DNA of 64,000 nucleotides from Fibrobacteria bacterium. GTDB taxonomy: Bacteria > Fibrobacterota > Chitinivibrionia > Chitinivibrionales > FEN-1185. The notes beneath the pieces were generated by a model. That model made no database searches, was not told the origin of the DNA, and saw only the letters and a list, made by a program, of their open reading frames with translations. Made by a program: the position numbers and the translations under genes. Positions 1 to 8,951 of the stretch are shown one piece after another; the first letter of the stretch is position 1, and each line of letters opens with the position of its first letter. The stretch is from the NCBI GenBank assembly GCA_037447435.1, contig JBBIGR010000002.1:183441-247440 (forward strand), given 5' to 3'.

Positions 1-1
1 C

Positions 2-199
2 CTTTTGGCGGAACAAATTTTCACTAACACTCACACTAATTTTTCGACAAAGGAAGTCATGGACGAATATACAAAATTTACCAATGTCCAAAACTGGCAG
101 TTCCGGCAAAATTCTATGCCGGTAAAGCAAAACGTACGCGGCGGAAAAATGGTATTGGACCCGGATATCGAAGCGTATAAAAAACTTAACCAACAGTAA
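2..199 (+). CDS. 3' end of a CDS truncated by the window edge, product unknown
   Basis: Frame is open from position 2 to TAA at 197-199 and ends 16 bp before rfbD; no recognisable motif. Confidence 0.6.
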   Translation, partial: LLAEQIFTNTHTNFSTKEVMDEYTKFTNVQNWQFRQNSMPVKQNVRGGKMVLDPDIEAYKKLNQQ

Positions 200-215
200 A
201 AGCAGGACACAACTC

Positions 216-1073
216 ATGAAACTCTTTATTATAGGCTGTAATGGACAGCTTGGACAAGACATGGCGATTAGCGCAAAAAAAAGAGGGCATAGTGTTTCCG
301 GCTCGGATTTTCCCGCGATAGACATTACAAACGAACAAAGCGTTGCGAATGCCGTTGCCGAAAATTCTCCGGATTGCATAATAAACTGCGCGGCGCATAC
401 CGCCGTTGATTTATGCGAAACAGAACCCGAAAAAGCCTTTGCCATAAACAAAAACGGCGTAAAGAACATAGCGATTGCCGCCCGTAAAACCGGTGCGAAA
501 ATCGTCCATATAAGCACCGATTACGTGTTTGACGGAACTAAAAAAGGGCCCTATTATGAAACAGATATCCCCAACCCGGCATCGGTGTACGGGAAATCAA
601 AACTTGCGGGCGAAGAAATTCTTGCCCAAAATTATGATCGCTATTTTACCTTTCGATTGGCATGGCTTTATGGCACTAGGGGCAATAATTTCCTTAAAAC
701 CATTCGATCCATCGCTCAAAAACGCGTTGAAACGCATGAACCGCTCAAGGTTGTAAATGATCAAATCGGAACACCGACATACACGCTTCACGTTTGCGAA
801 CAAATCCTTTCGGTAATTTCCACCGATAATTTCGGTTTATTCCATTCGACGAACGAGGGGTTTTGCAGTTGGTTCGACTTTGCTAAAGCAATTGTGGAAA
901 GCTATAAGATTCCCGTGCAAGTTTTACCCTGTACTACCGCCGAATTCCCACGGCCCGCTCCAAGACCAGCAAACAGCGTTCTGGAAAATGAACGTTTGAA
1001 AAAACTCGGAATGAACATACTGCCTCGATGGGAAAAGGGGCTACAAGATTATATCAAGGAAGAAACAATATGA
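216..1073 (+). CDS. rfbD: dTDP-4-dehydrorhamnose reductase
   Basis: GCNGQLG, NCAAHTAVD, HISTDYVFDG, YGKSK, VVNDQIGTPT, PAPRP motifs; AGGA RBS. Confidence 0.95.
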   Translation: MKLFIIGCNGQLGQDMAISAKKRGHSVSGSDFPAIDITNEQSVANAVAENSPDCIINCAAHTAVDLCETEPEKAFAINKNGVKNIAIAARKTGAKIVHISTDYVFDGTKKGPYYETDIPNPASVYGKSKLAGEEILAQNYDRYFTFRLAWLYGTRGNNFLKTIRSIAQKRVETHEPLKVVNDQIGTPTYTLHVCEQILSVISTDNFGLFHSTNEGFCSWFDFAKAIVESYKIPVQVLPCTTAEFPRPAPRPANSVLENERLKKLGMNILPRWEKGLQDYIKEETI

Positions 1074-2053
1074 AAATACTTGTCACCGGCGGTTGCGGCT
1101 TTATCGGTTCGAATTTCATTTTACAAGCATTAAAAAACCATTCGGATTACTCCATAGTTAATATCGACCTATTGACCTATGCCGGAAATCCCGATAATTT
1201 GCTCTCTATCGAAAAAGACGGCCGATATACTTTTGTCAAAGCAGACATTTGCGACCAAAGCGCCTGTTCCGCTCTATTTACAAAGCATCAATTCGACGCA
1301 GTAGTGCATTTTGCCGCAGAGTCTCATGTGGATAGAAGCATAGAAGGACCAAAGGCCTTTGTACTCACCAATGTCCTCGGCACGCAAAACCTTCTTGAAT
1401 GCGCGCGGAACGCTTGGAACGGTCAATGGCAAAATAAACGCTTTGTCCATGTGTCGACCGATGAAGTTTACGGCAGTCTTGGAAATACGGGATGTTTTTC
1501 CGAAACAACGCCGCTCGCGCCCAACAGTCCTTATTCCGCAAGTAAGGCCGGAAGCGATTTGATCGCCCGTTCTTATTTCGAAACCTTTGGTTTTCCGTCG
1601 ATTATAACTCGGTGTTCGAACAATTACGGCCCCTATCAATTTCCCGAAAAATTGATTCCGCTCATGATTACCAATGCGATGGCAAACAAGCCGTTGCCCG
1701 TATACGGCGACGGTAAAAATGTCCGCGACTGGCTTTATGTTACCGATCACTGCGCTGCTATCGATACCGTTCTTGGAAAAGGAAGGATCGGCCAGGTCTA
1801 CAATATCGGCGGCTCAAACGAATGGCATAACATCGATATCGTCAAGCTCATACTTTCCGAACTTGGGAAACCCCAATCTTTAATAAACTATGTGACGGAC
1901 AGGCTTGGTCACGACAGACGGTATGCAATTGATGCAAGCAAAATCAAGCAAGAACTGGGTTGGACGCCATCAATATCTTTTGCAGAAGGAATCAAACATA
2001 CAATCACCTGGTATATCGAGAACAAATGGTGGTGGGAAAAACTTTTAAAGTAA
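1070..2053 (+). CDS. rfbB: dTDP-glucose 4,6-dehydratase
   Basis: TGGCGFIG, HFAAESHVDRS, VSTDEVYG, PYSASKA, NNYGPYQFPEK, GHDRRYA; ATGA overlap with the rfbD stop places the start at 1070. Confidence 0.96.
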   Translation: MKILVTGGCGFIGSNFILQALKNHSDYSIVNIDLLTYAGNPDNLLSIEKDGRYTFVKADICDQSACSALFTKHQFDAVVHFAAESHVDRSIEGPKAFVLTNVLGTQNLLECARNAWNGQWQNKRFVHVSTDEVYGSLGNTGCFSETTPLAPNSPYSASKAGSDLIARSYFETFGFPSIITRCSNNYGPYQFPEKLIPLMITNAMANKPLPVYGDGKNVRDWLYVTDHCAAIDTVLGKGRIGQVYNIGGSNEWHNIDIVKLILSELGKPQSLINYVTDRLGHDRRYAIDASKIKQELGWTPSISFAEGIKHTITWYIENKWWWEKLLK

Positions 2054-2098
2054 CAATGCAAATTGTTCTATCGTAAAGACTATTGAACCTTTTAAGCT

Positions 2099-2869
2099 TT
2101 ATACAAACAAAGCTTTTCTTCGAAATTCCGCAGGACCGATTTTCTGCGATCGGATAAATGCTTTCGTAAAATGATTTCTATCGCAAAACCCCGTTGTTTC
2201 GGCGATATGGTCTATACTGAGACTTGAGTATTTTAGTAAATTGCACGCTTTTTGAAATCTTTTTGCCTCAAAATATTTTTTGGGCGTTGCTTTCATTTTT
2301 TGCTTAAAGAAATGAATAAACGCATTTGTATTCATCCCCACAAGTTGAGCAAGCTCCCCGTTGGCCAGCTTATTTCCTAAATTCGCATCCATAAAATTGC
2401 AAACCGTTACCAACCGAGGATCATTCAGAACAGGGGTTTGAATTTTTTCAGACATAGCACACAAAGCTTTCGCAACGATCAAATTCGAAAGCAACAAAAA
2501 TCTCGGGGTTTCGGATTGTCCGGCATTCAGCAATGAAATTGCTTCGGTAATGGTCTTCTTTAATTCCGGTGTAATGGTAAAATCATATAGCCCCGGCTGC
2601 ATTTGCCCGGACGAATAACTGACGGTAAAATGAATGAAAAAATGATGCACTTCGTTTTTCGTATGTTTGTCGAACGGCGTATTGGGTGGAATAAGCACTA
2701 CCTTTTCAGGTCCAAGTTCAACAAGCTGCTTTCCAAGAGTTAGGCTGGCTCCTTCGTTTCCATTCCAATACAATCGCCAAAACGGCGACGATCGGTTTTT
2801 GTTGGCCCATGTATCGGTACCAAACGTTTTGTAGCACAAAAGAACCTGAATCGTGAGACCTAAATCCAT
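2099..2869 (-). CDS. AraC-family transcriptional regulator
   Basis: N-terminal cupin-like sensor (LIPPNTPF) and C-terminal double HTH (ELAQLVGM...IAETTGFCDRNHFTKAF...P.EFR); divergent from the glycan locus. Confidence 0.9.
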   Translation of the reverse strand: MDLGLTIQVLLCYKTFGTDTWANKNRSSPFWRLYWNGNEGASLTLGKQLVELGPEKVVLIPPNTPFDKHTKNEVHHFFIHFTVSYSSGQMQPGLYDFTITPELKKTITEAISLLNAGQSETPRFLLLSNLIVAKALCAMSEKIQTPVLNDPRLVTVCNFMDANLGNKLANGELAQLVGMNTNAFIHFFKQKMKATPKKYFEAKRFQKACNLLKYSSLSIDHIAETTGFCDRNHFTKAFIRSQKIGPAEFRRKALFV

Positions 2870-3242
2870 GTTTTTATCCTTTAATTTTCTTGTACCCGGA
2901 ATAATCGGGCGAATTCCATGAAATAAGCGTACTTTGCCATAACATTTTTAAATCGAATTATTGAATAAAACTTTATCATACTTGAGGGGTCGTATGTAAA
3001 TCTTGCATAAATATTCAACAAATCGTACCGGCTTAATAAAATGAAACTACTTTCCCTCTTCGACTTTCACACGTAATTACTGTATACTTTTAAAATAATA
3101 GGTACCGTAAGTACGATATGATTATTATACATAAAATAGATGGATTTATCAATAGATTTTTAAAAAAAATGCATCGATATTATCAAGCAGAGCAATAACT
3201 GGAAGTCCATTTTTTATTAACCTTACTGCGGAGCAATAAAAT

Positions 3243-5672
3243 ATGAGGAAAAACAATGTCCCCTTTTTTTCAAAAATGATAGTGTGTCAACTCCTGGCGG
3301 TTTCGTTGCTATTTGCGCAATTTTCGAGGCAGCACTATACCCTCAACTCGCTGGCCTGGAAATTCAAGAAGGCCGACGTAAGCGGAGCCGAGGCTACAGC
3401 GTTCAGTGATGCCGCGTGGCAAAGCATTACCATTCCGCACGATTTCAACGGCGGAATAGATAAAGTAAACAATGACGTTTATACCGGCCCCAAAATGTAC
3501 CGCGGCATCGGCTGGTATCGCGTCCATTTTCCTATCGATGCGAAATATCAGGGGAAAAAAATATTCATCGATTTCGACGCTGCGTCGCTGGTAACGGATG
3601 TTTGGATCAACGGTACCCATATCGGACAGCATAAAGGCGGGTATACTGCATTTTCTTACGACATTACCCCAAATGTTACCATCGGCGGCGACAATGTCCT
3701 TGCAGTTAAAGTGAACAGTGCAAACGATCCGAAAATCGCTCCGTGGATGCAAACGCCGTTTGGAACATATCCCACCAGTTACGATTATGCCGTTTACGGC
3801 GGAATTTATCGGAGCGTTTGGATAACCGTAACCGACCAGGCAAAAATCGAAGCGACGTTCATCACCACGCCGGGCGTTTCTGCCGCATCTTCGCAAGTGC
3901 GTGTAAAAACAGAGGTTACCAACTATGCCGCGACGGCGCAATCGATTACCCTCACCACAACCGTCGCGGATTCGACGGGTGCGACGGTAGCAACATTAAC
4001 AAATACGCAAAGCGTTAACGCCGGTCAATTATATACTTTTGACCAAACGACCGCAAGCAACGTCAGCTCCCCGCATCTCTGGTCACCGTCCTCGCCGTAT
4101 CTTTACAAAGTGCATTCAACGCTTACCGTAGCCGGCACAGAAATCGACCAGTTCGACAGTCCGCTTGGATTCAGATGGTTTTCCATGCCGAAAACAAACG
4201 CCCAGTTCACGCTTAACGGCCAGCCGCTTTTTATACAAGGCGTCAACCGGCATCAGGATTGGATAGGCCTTGGGTGGTCATTGACAAGCGATCAACATCG
4301 TTACGATATGCAACTCATTAAAGACGGCGGATTCAATTTCGTTCGCCATGCCCATTATCCCGCGGATCAGTCTGCGATGAAAGCCTGCGACGAACTGGGG
4401 CTTTTGTCCTGGCTGGAAGTTCCGGTAACGGTTTCAATATCCACAGACCCGGACTTTTTAGCCAATGCGAAAAGCCAGCTCACTGAAATGATTCGACAAA
4501 ACTACAACCACCCCAGCGTCATAATCTGGAGCATCGGAAACGAATCGGACCAAGCTGCGGCAAGTGCAAACCCTGCTTTGACCGAATCATATGCGAATTC
4601 TTTCAACAATTCTCTCAACGACCTTGCCCATCAACTCGATGCGACCCGTACCACGGCAGGCAGCAATTTCAAGCTTACATCCGACCAGGCAATTTCGGAC
4701 ATTTATTCACCCCATGTATTCCTTGGATGGTATGGCGGTGTTTATACCTCATACAGCCCGGTTGTATTTACAAGTGAATATGGTGCCGACGCGGACGTAA
4801 CCATCCATAAAGAGCCCGGCAGCCAAAAGCTTGACGATTGGAGCCAGGAGTATCAGTGTCTGCTGCATGAAGCCTTTGTTGCCCGCGGTCAGGCAGTCAA
4901 GACTCAGTTTACCGGCCAATGCTTGTGGGTAATGTTCGATTTCGCATCACCCCGGGCAGATAGAGTTATTGCCGCAAACAGCAACACGATAAATTATATG
5001 AATCAAAAAGGACTTTTTGGAGCAGATCACACCACCCCGAAAGATGCCTACTATTTTTATCAGAGTTTTTATACGGATAAAACCAAAGCCCCAATGGTTT
5101 ACATTGTTTCGCATTCATGGCTTAACCGTTGGACCGCGGCCGCAAGTAAAACGGTTTGGGCGTACAGCAATTGCGATAGCGTTGAACTTTTCAATTCCTT
5201 TGGGAGCGAATCTTTTGGCAAAAAAGCAAGGACCGCCGGAGAAAACACGATTAAAACCCGTTTCCAATGGGATAATGCATCGGTCAAATACAACATTCTT
5301 TATGCGCAAGGCTATGTGGGCGGTAAGATAGTTGCAAGGGATACGATCGTGCTGAAAAACCTGCCGAACCCTCCGGGAGTTTCGTCAATAGTCGGTCTTG
5401 GCCAAAAAGCAAAACTATCAACTCCGGAAATTAAAATTACTTCGACAAACGGTCAATATTGCCTAACCGGCCGAATTCCGGCAAAATATTCCGGGCAATT
5501 ATCCCTGTATTCAATTACCGGCGTTAAAATTACCACACTTCAAAACAGCAGCGCCGCAGAATCGGGCGATGTTTCCGTGGTGTTAAATGCCGGAATGCTT
5601 TCAAAAGGAGTTTATTTACTAAAAGCCGAAGGAAAGGCAGCAACCTGGGCTAAACAATTCTTAGTTTTTTAA
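3243..5672 (+). CDS. Secreted GH2 glycoside hydrolase, probable beta-glucuronidase/uronidase, with C-terminal T9SS-like sorting domain
   Basis: Signal peptide; YGGIYRSV, GVNRHQD, RHAHYP, WSIGNE (acid/base), SEYGA (nucleophile), NQKG; tail LYSITGVK...GVYLLK. Confidence 0.9.
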   Translation: MRKNNVPFFSKMIVCQLLAVSLLFAQFSRQHYTLNSLAWKFKKADVSGAEATAFSDAAWQSITIPHDFNGGIDKVNNDVYTGPKMYRGIGWYRVHFPIDAKYQGKKIFIDFDAASLVTDVWINGTHIGQHKGGYTAFSYDITPNVTIGGDNVLAVKVNSANDPKIAPWMQTPFGTYPTSYDYAVYGGIYRSVWITVTDQAKIEATFITTPGVSAASSQVRVKTEVTNYAATAQSITLTTTVADSTGATVATLTNTQSVNAGQLYTFDQTTASNVSSPHLWSPSSPYLYKVHSTLTVAGTEIDQFDSPLGFRWFSMPKTNAQFTLNGQPLFIQGVNRHQDWIGLGWSLTSDQHRYDMQLIKDGGFNFVRHAHYPADQSAMKACDELGLLSWLEVPVTVSISTDPDFLANAKSQLTEMIRQNYNHPSVIIWSIGNESDQAAASANPALTESYANSFNNSLNDLAHQLDATRTTAGSNFKLTSDQAISDIYSPHVFLGWYGGVYTSYSPVVFTSEYGADADVTIHKEPGSQKLDDWSQEYQCLLHEAFVARGQAVKTQFTGQCLWVMFDFASPRADRVIAANSNTINYMNQKGLFGADHTTPKDAYYFYQSFYTDKTKAPMVYIVSHSWLNRWTAAASKTVWAYSNCDSVELFNSFGSESFGKKARTAGENTIKTRFQWDNASVKYNILYAQGYVGGKIVARDTIVLKNLPNPPGVSSIVGLGQKAKLSTPEIKITSTNGQYCLTGRIPAKYSGQLSLYSITGVKITTLQNSSAAESGDVSVVLNAGMLSKGVYLLKAEGKAATWAKQFLVF

Positions 5673-5706
5673 TTAAAATGCCCATACATTTTTTTTAAAT
5701 TGTCAA

Positions 5707-5746
5707 AAAAAACCCTGCCCGCAAATATTTGCGGGCAGGGTTTTTT
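5707..5746. terminator. Rho-independent terminator (perfect 40-bp palindrome)
   Basis: aaaaaaccctgcccgcaaat|atttgcgggcagggtttttt, 35 bp after the GH2 stop, ending in a T tract. Confidence 0.85.
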
Positions 5747-5771
5747 ATGTAAAATTGTCATATGTACATAA

Positions 5772-5791
5772 ATCGGTTTTTAAAAACCGAT
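5772..5791. promoter_or_regulatory. Perfect 20-bp palindrome, candidate operator
   Basis: atcggttttt|aaaaaccgat in the AT-rich region upstream of the 5994 operon. Confidence 0.35.
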
Positions 5792-5993
5792 AATTTTCCT
5801 TGTTTTTTTCGTTATACAGTATATAAATAAGCATTTTTTAGTTTTTAAGTATCTTATGAGTTTTCTACATAAAATAGATGGGGTTATAAATAGCATTTTA
5901 TTTTAAATGAAACGATATTATAATTAATTGATTGAAGACTTTTAACGACATTCAATAACGGAAAATAACCATTTAAAAAAAGGAGTACCTTCT

Positions 5994-6380
5994 ATGTTGA
6001 GAAGAAGCATTCTATCGATCATCGTTGCTTTTTCGCTCGGGGCTTTTGCCGACACTGTTGTCAAGAGCAGTGCCGCTTTCGCTTTTCCTACAAGCGTATC
6101 AACCACAGCCTGGACATTTGCACAAGCCAATGAAGCCTCGTTCAATTTCACGAAGCCACTGGCAGGAAAAAACATCGTCGAATTTTCTTGGAACCTTCCG
6201 AAAAGAATTAACCAGGGAAACATAACGGTATTTTCCGTTTCCGGCGCAAAAGTTAAATCGTTTCCCATCACATCCTCCTATGGGACCGTGCAATGGAAAA
6301 CAAATGCAAGCGGTATTTATTTCGCACAGTTATCGGGTGGTTCATTCAAGAAAAATCTTCAAGTCTTTTTATACAGATAA
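5994..6380 (+). CDS. Small secreted protein consisting largely of a T9SS-like (Por CTD/FlgD-like Ig) domain
   Basis: AAGGAG RBS; signal peptide ending AFA; VFSVSGAKVKSF...WK...ASGIYFAQL tail motif. Confidence 0.75.
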   Translation: MLRRSILSIIVAFSLGAFADTVVKSSAAFAFPTSVSTTAWTFAQANEASFNFTKPLAGKNIVEFSWNLPKRINQGNITVFSVSGAKVKSFPITSSYGTVQWKTNASGIYFAQLSGGSFKKNLQVFLYR

Positions 6381-6400
6381 GAAATTAACGGAGGAAAATC

Positions 6401-8788
6401 ATGCGAAAAAGCATTATCGGTCTTTTTATGTTTCTTTTTGCGGCGAGCGCAACGAGCATTTTTGCCGTACCCACAACGTTGGACACGGTGTCGGTCCCGG
6501 TAAAACTTCTTAAATGCCTTTCATCATCTCCAACCGTTTCCTATTATGTTGGGAAAGTCAACTACGACATGCACATTCACGACAATGATTCCCTGAGCAT
6601 CGTATTGTCTTTTGATCCTGTCGGAGCGGGCGGCGCGGTCACCGTCGATTCCGTAAAGGGCGATGTCGGTATTGTCCCTCTTGCCAATGGAATAAACGGG
6701 ACAAACGAAATTTATTTCTGGTGTCATATTACCGGCACGCCGGCAACGACCTATACGGCTAAAGTGACGATCAATGACGGTCAAAGCAATATCGAAAAAA
6801 CAACAAATGCCTTGGTCGCACAAATGACCAACGGAGAAAAAGCAGCTCAATGTTATTCGAATGGAAACCGGGAATACCCCGATCTTAACAAATACGGCGG
6901 CATTCCGGGATTCTACATGGCCAACGGAACTTCGGGTCCGTGTCAGCTCGTAAGCGGATATTCCACATCGTTTCCTACCGGTGCCGCAATGACCTGCACT
7001 TTCGATAAGCAGCTTATGGATAGTGTCGGTACTGCCATTGCGCAGGAATTCTGGGCAAAAGGCCATTATATGATCGAGGCACCCATGATCAACATGGTGA
7101 TTGACCCGCGCGGTGGAAGAAACTGGGAAACTTTTGGTGAAGACCCGTATCTTGCCGCCCAACTCGGTCTTGCGTATTGCAACGGCGCTCAGAAATTGAA
7201 TTGCATTATTACCCCCAAACACATCATTTGCAACGACCGTGAAACAAACCGTTCGAAATACAGCTCAAATATCACGGAACGTCCGTTGCGTGAAAATTAT
7301 TTGTTGCCTTTTGAATACATCGTCAAGGAAGGCAAAGCGTGGGGCATCATGAGTGCATATAACCAGGTCAATAATACCTATTGCCCTGCCAACACCCATT
7401 TGCTGACCGATATCCTGAAAACCGACTGGGGATTCAGAGGCTTTACGATTTCCGATTGGGACGCGATGAACAATAACACCGCCGCACAATGCGCAAACGC
7501 GGGTCAGGACGTTGAATTGCCGGATGCCGTCGTGTATTCTCAGCTTGCAAACGTGGTGCCCAGCCAGGTTGCGCAAACGAGGCTTGACGATATGGCAAAA
7601 AGAGTGATTCGGACAAAAGTATGGTCCGGCGTCATCGGTAAACTTGGGACAAATGCAAACACGAAATACGCCGCAACGCTCGAATCGCAAAATCACAAAG
7701 ACTTGGCATTGCAAACCGCCTTAAAATCAATCGTTCTTGTGAAGAATGCCAATTTCGGAACACCGGCCGCACCTACATTGCCGTTAGATCCAAACAAAAC
7801 CGTTGCGGTTGTCGGAACCTATTATAATCAATGCAGACAATGGGGAGTCGGAGCCATTGCAAGCGGAAAACCGTGTCCCGACCCTGCCGCCGGTATTCAA
7901 GTAGCTCCGGATGCCGGCATCAGTGCCAGAGCGGGCGCAAAGTATCTTGCGCAGAATTGGCAATCGGCAGACCAGGTCGTAGTCGTCGTGGGTGTTTCCG
8001 GCGAAGCTGAAAACCAGGATAGATCTTCATTGTACATTACGCCCGCCAACACGGATAACGCGCTTATCGCGTCGATTATCGCAGCCGGAAAAAAATGCGT
8101 CGTCGTAATGACCGGCGGAAGCCCTGCGGTTCAGGAAGGCTGGGCAAATGCAAATGCGGTACTTGTCGAATGGTATGGCGGCCAAGCTCAGGGTACGGCG
8201 CTGGCCCAGATTTTATACGGCGATGTAAACCCCTCGGGCCGACTATCGGCTTCCTTTCCTGCAAGCGCAGGTCAATTGCCTGCATTTTCCGATGCGCCGA
8301 CCGCTATCCAATATGAAAACTATACGACTGATTTTGGAAGAGGATATCGCTATTACGATCAGAATAATCTCATCCCGTTGTATGCGTTCGGCTACGGTTT
8401 AAGCTACACGACATTCCAATACAGCAATTTAACCATTAATCCCAGCCCTCTGTACGTCGGTCAATACGTCGTTACGGTCGACATCAAGAATACGGGAACT
8501 AAAGCCGGCGATGAAGTCGCCGAACTGTACATTCATCCGAACGCTTCGCCGAAACCCAGACCGGTTAAGGAATTGCGAGGCTTTAATCGGGTAACGCTGG
8601 CGGCAGGCGAGACAAAAACCGTGTCCTTTACCATTCGAGAAAGAGAACTTGCCTATTTCGATGACGGCACGGGCGTGAACAAATTTGTCGTCGCACCGGG
8701 CGCGTACACAATCCTGGTTGGGCCGTCATCGTATGCCGGACAAGGGTTGACCGCTTTCCCCGTTTCCGGAACTCTTACGGTGCAATAG
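6401..8788 (+). CDS. Secreted GH3 beta-glycosidase with extra N-terminal beta-rich domain and C-terminal Fn3-like domain
   Basis: GGAGG RBS; signal peptide; GGRNWETFGEDP, KH, SDW nucleophile, EWYGGQ, NPSGRL, FGYGLSYT, ELRGF. Confidence 0.92.
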   Translation: MRKSIIGLFMFLFAASATSIFAVPTTLDTVSVPVKLLKCLSSSPTVSYYVGKVNYDMHIHDNDSLSIVLSFDPVGAGGAVTVDSVKGDVGIVPLANGINGTNEIYFWCHITGTPATTYTAKVTINDGQSNIEKTTNALVAQMTNGEKAAQCYSNGNREYPDLNKYGGIPGFYMANGTSGPCQLVSGYSTSFPTGAAMTCTFDKQLMDSVGTAIAQEFWAKGHYMIEAPMINMVIDPRGGRNWETFGEDPYLAAQLGLAYCNGAQKLNCIITPKHIICNDRETNRSKYSSNITERPLRENYLLPFEYIVKEGKAWGIMSAYNQVNNTYCPANTHLLTDILKTDWGFRGFTISDWDAMNNNTAAQCANAGQDVELPDAVVYSQLANVVPSQVAQTRLDDMAKRVIRTKVWSGVIGKLGTNANTKYAATLESQNHKDLALQTALKSIVLVKNANFGTPAAPTLPLDPNKTVAVVGTYYNQCRQWGVGAIASGKPCPDPAAGIQVAPDAGISARAGAKYLAQNWQSADQVVVVVGVSGEAENQDRSSLYITPANTDNALIASIIAAGKKCVVVMTGGSPAVQEGWANANAVLVEWYGGQAQGTALAQILYGDVNPSGRLSASFPASAGQLPAFSDAPTAIQYENYTTDFGRGYRYYDQNNLIPLYAFGYGLSYTTFQYSNLTINPSPLYVGQYVVTVDIKNTGTKAGDEVAELYIHPNASPKPRPVKELRGFNRVTLAAGETKTVSFTIRERELAYFDDGTGVNKFVVAPGAYTILVGPSSYAGQGLTAFPVSGTLTVQ

Positions 8789-8845
8789 CGAAATCGGCTG
8801 ACTCTGGTATTGAACCTGATGCTTTACAAAAAATCTAAACTCATT

Positions 8846-8884
8846 CCCCGAAGGTATCGCCGATAAACGGCGATACCTTCGGGG
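8846..8884. other. Intercistronic 17-bp stem-loop without U tract
   Basis: ccccgaaggtatcgccg-ataaa-cggcgataccttcgggg between GH3 and the barrel gene. Confidence 0.7.
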
Positions 8885-8951
8885 CCACGATCGCAAACAA
8901 CGGTGCCGTTTACCAATTGACACAATCCGAGCAATCGACGAAAGGGGTCTT

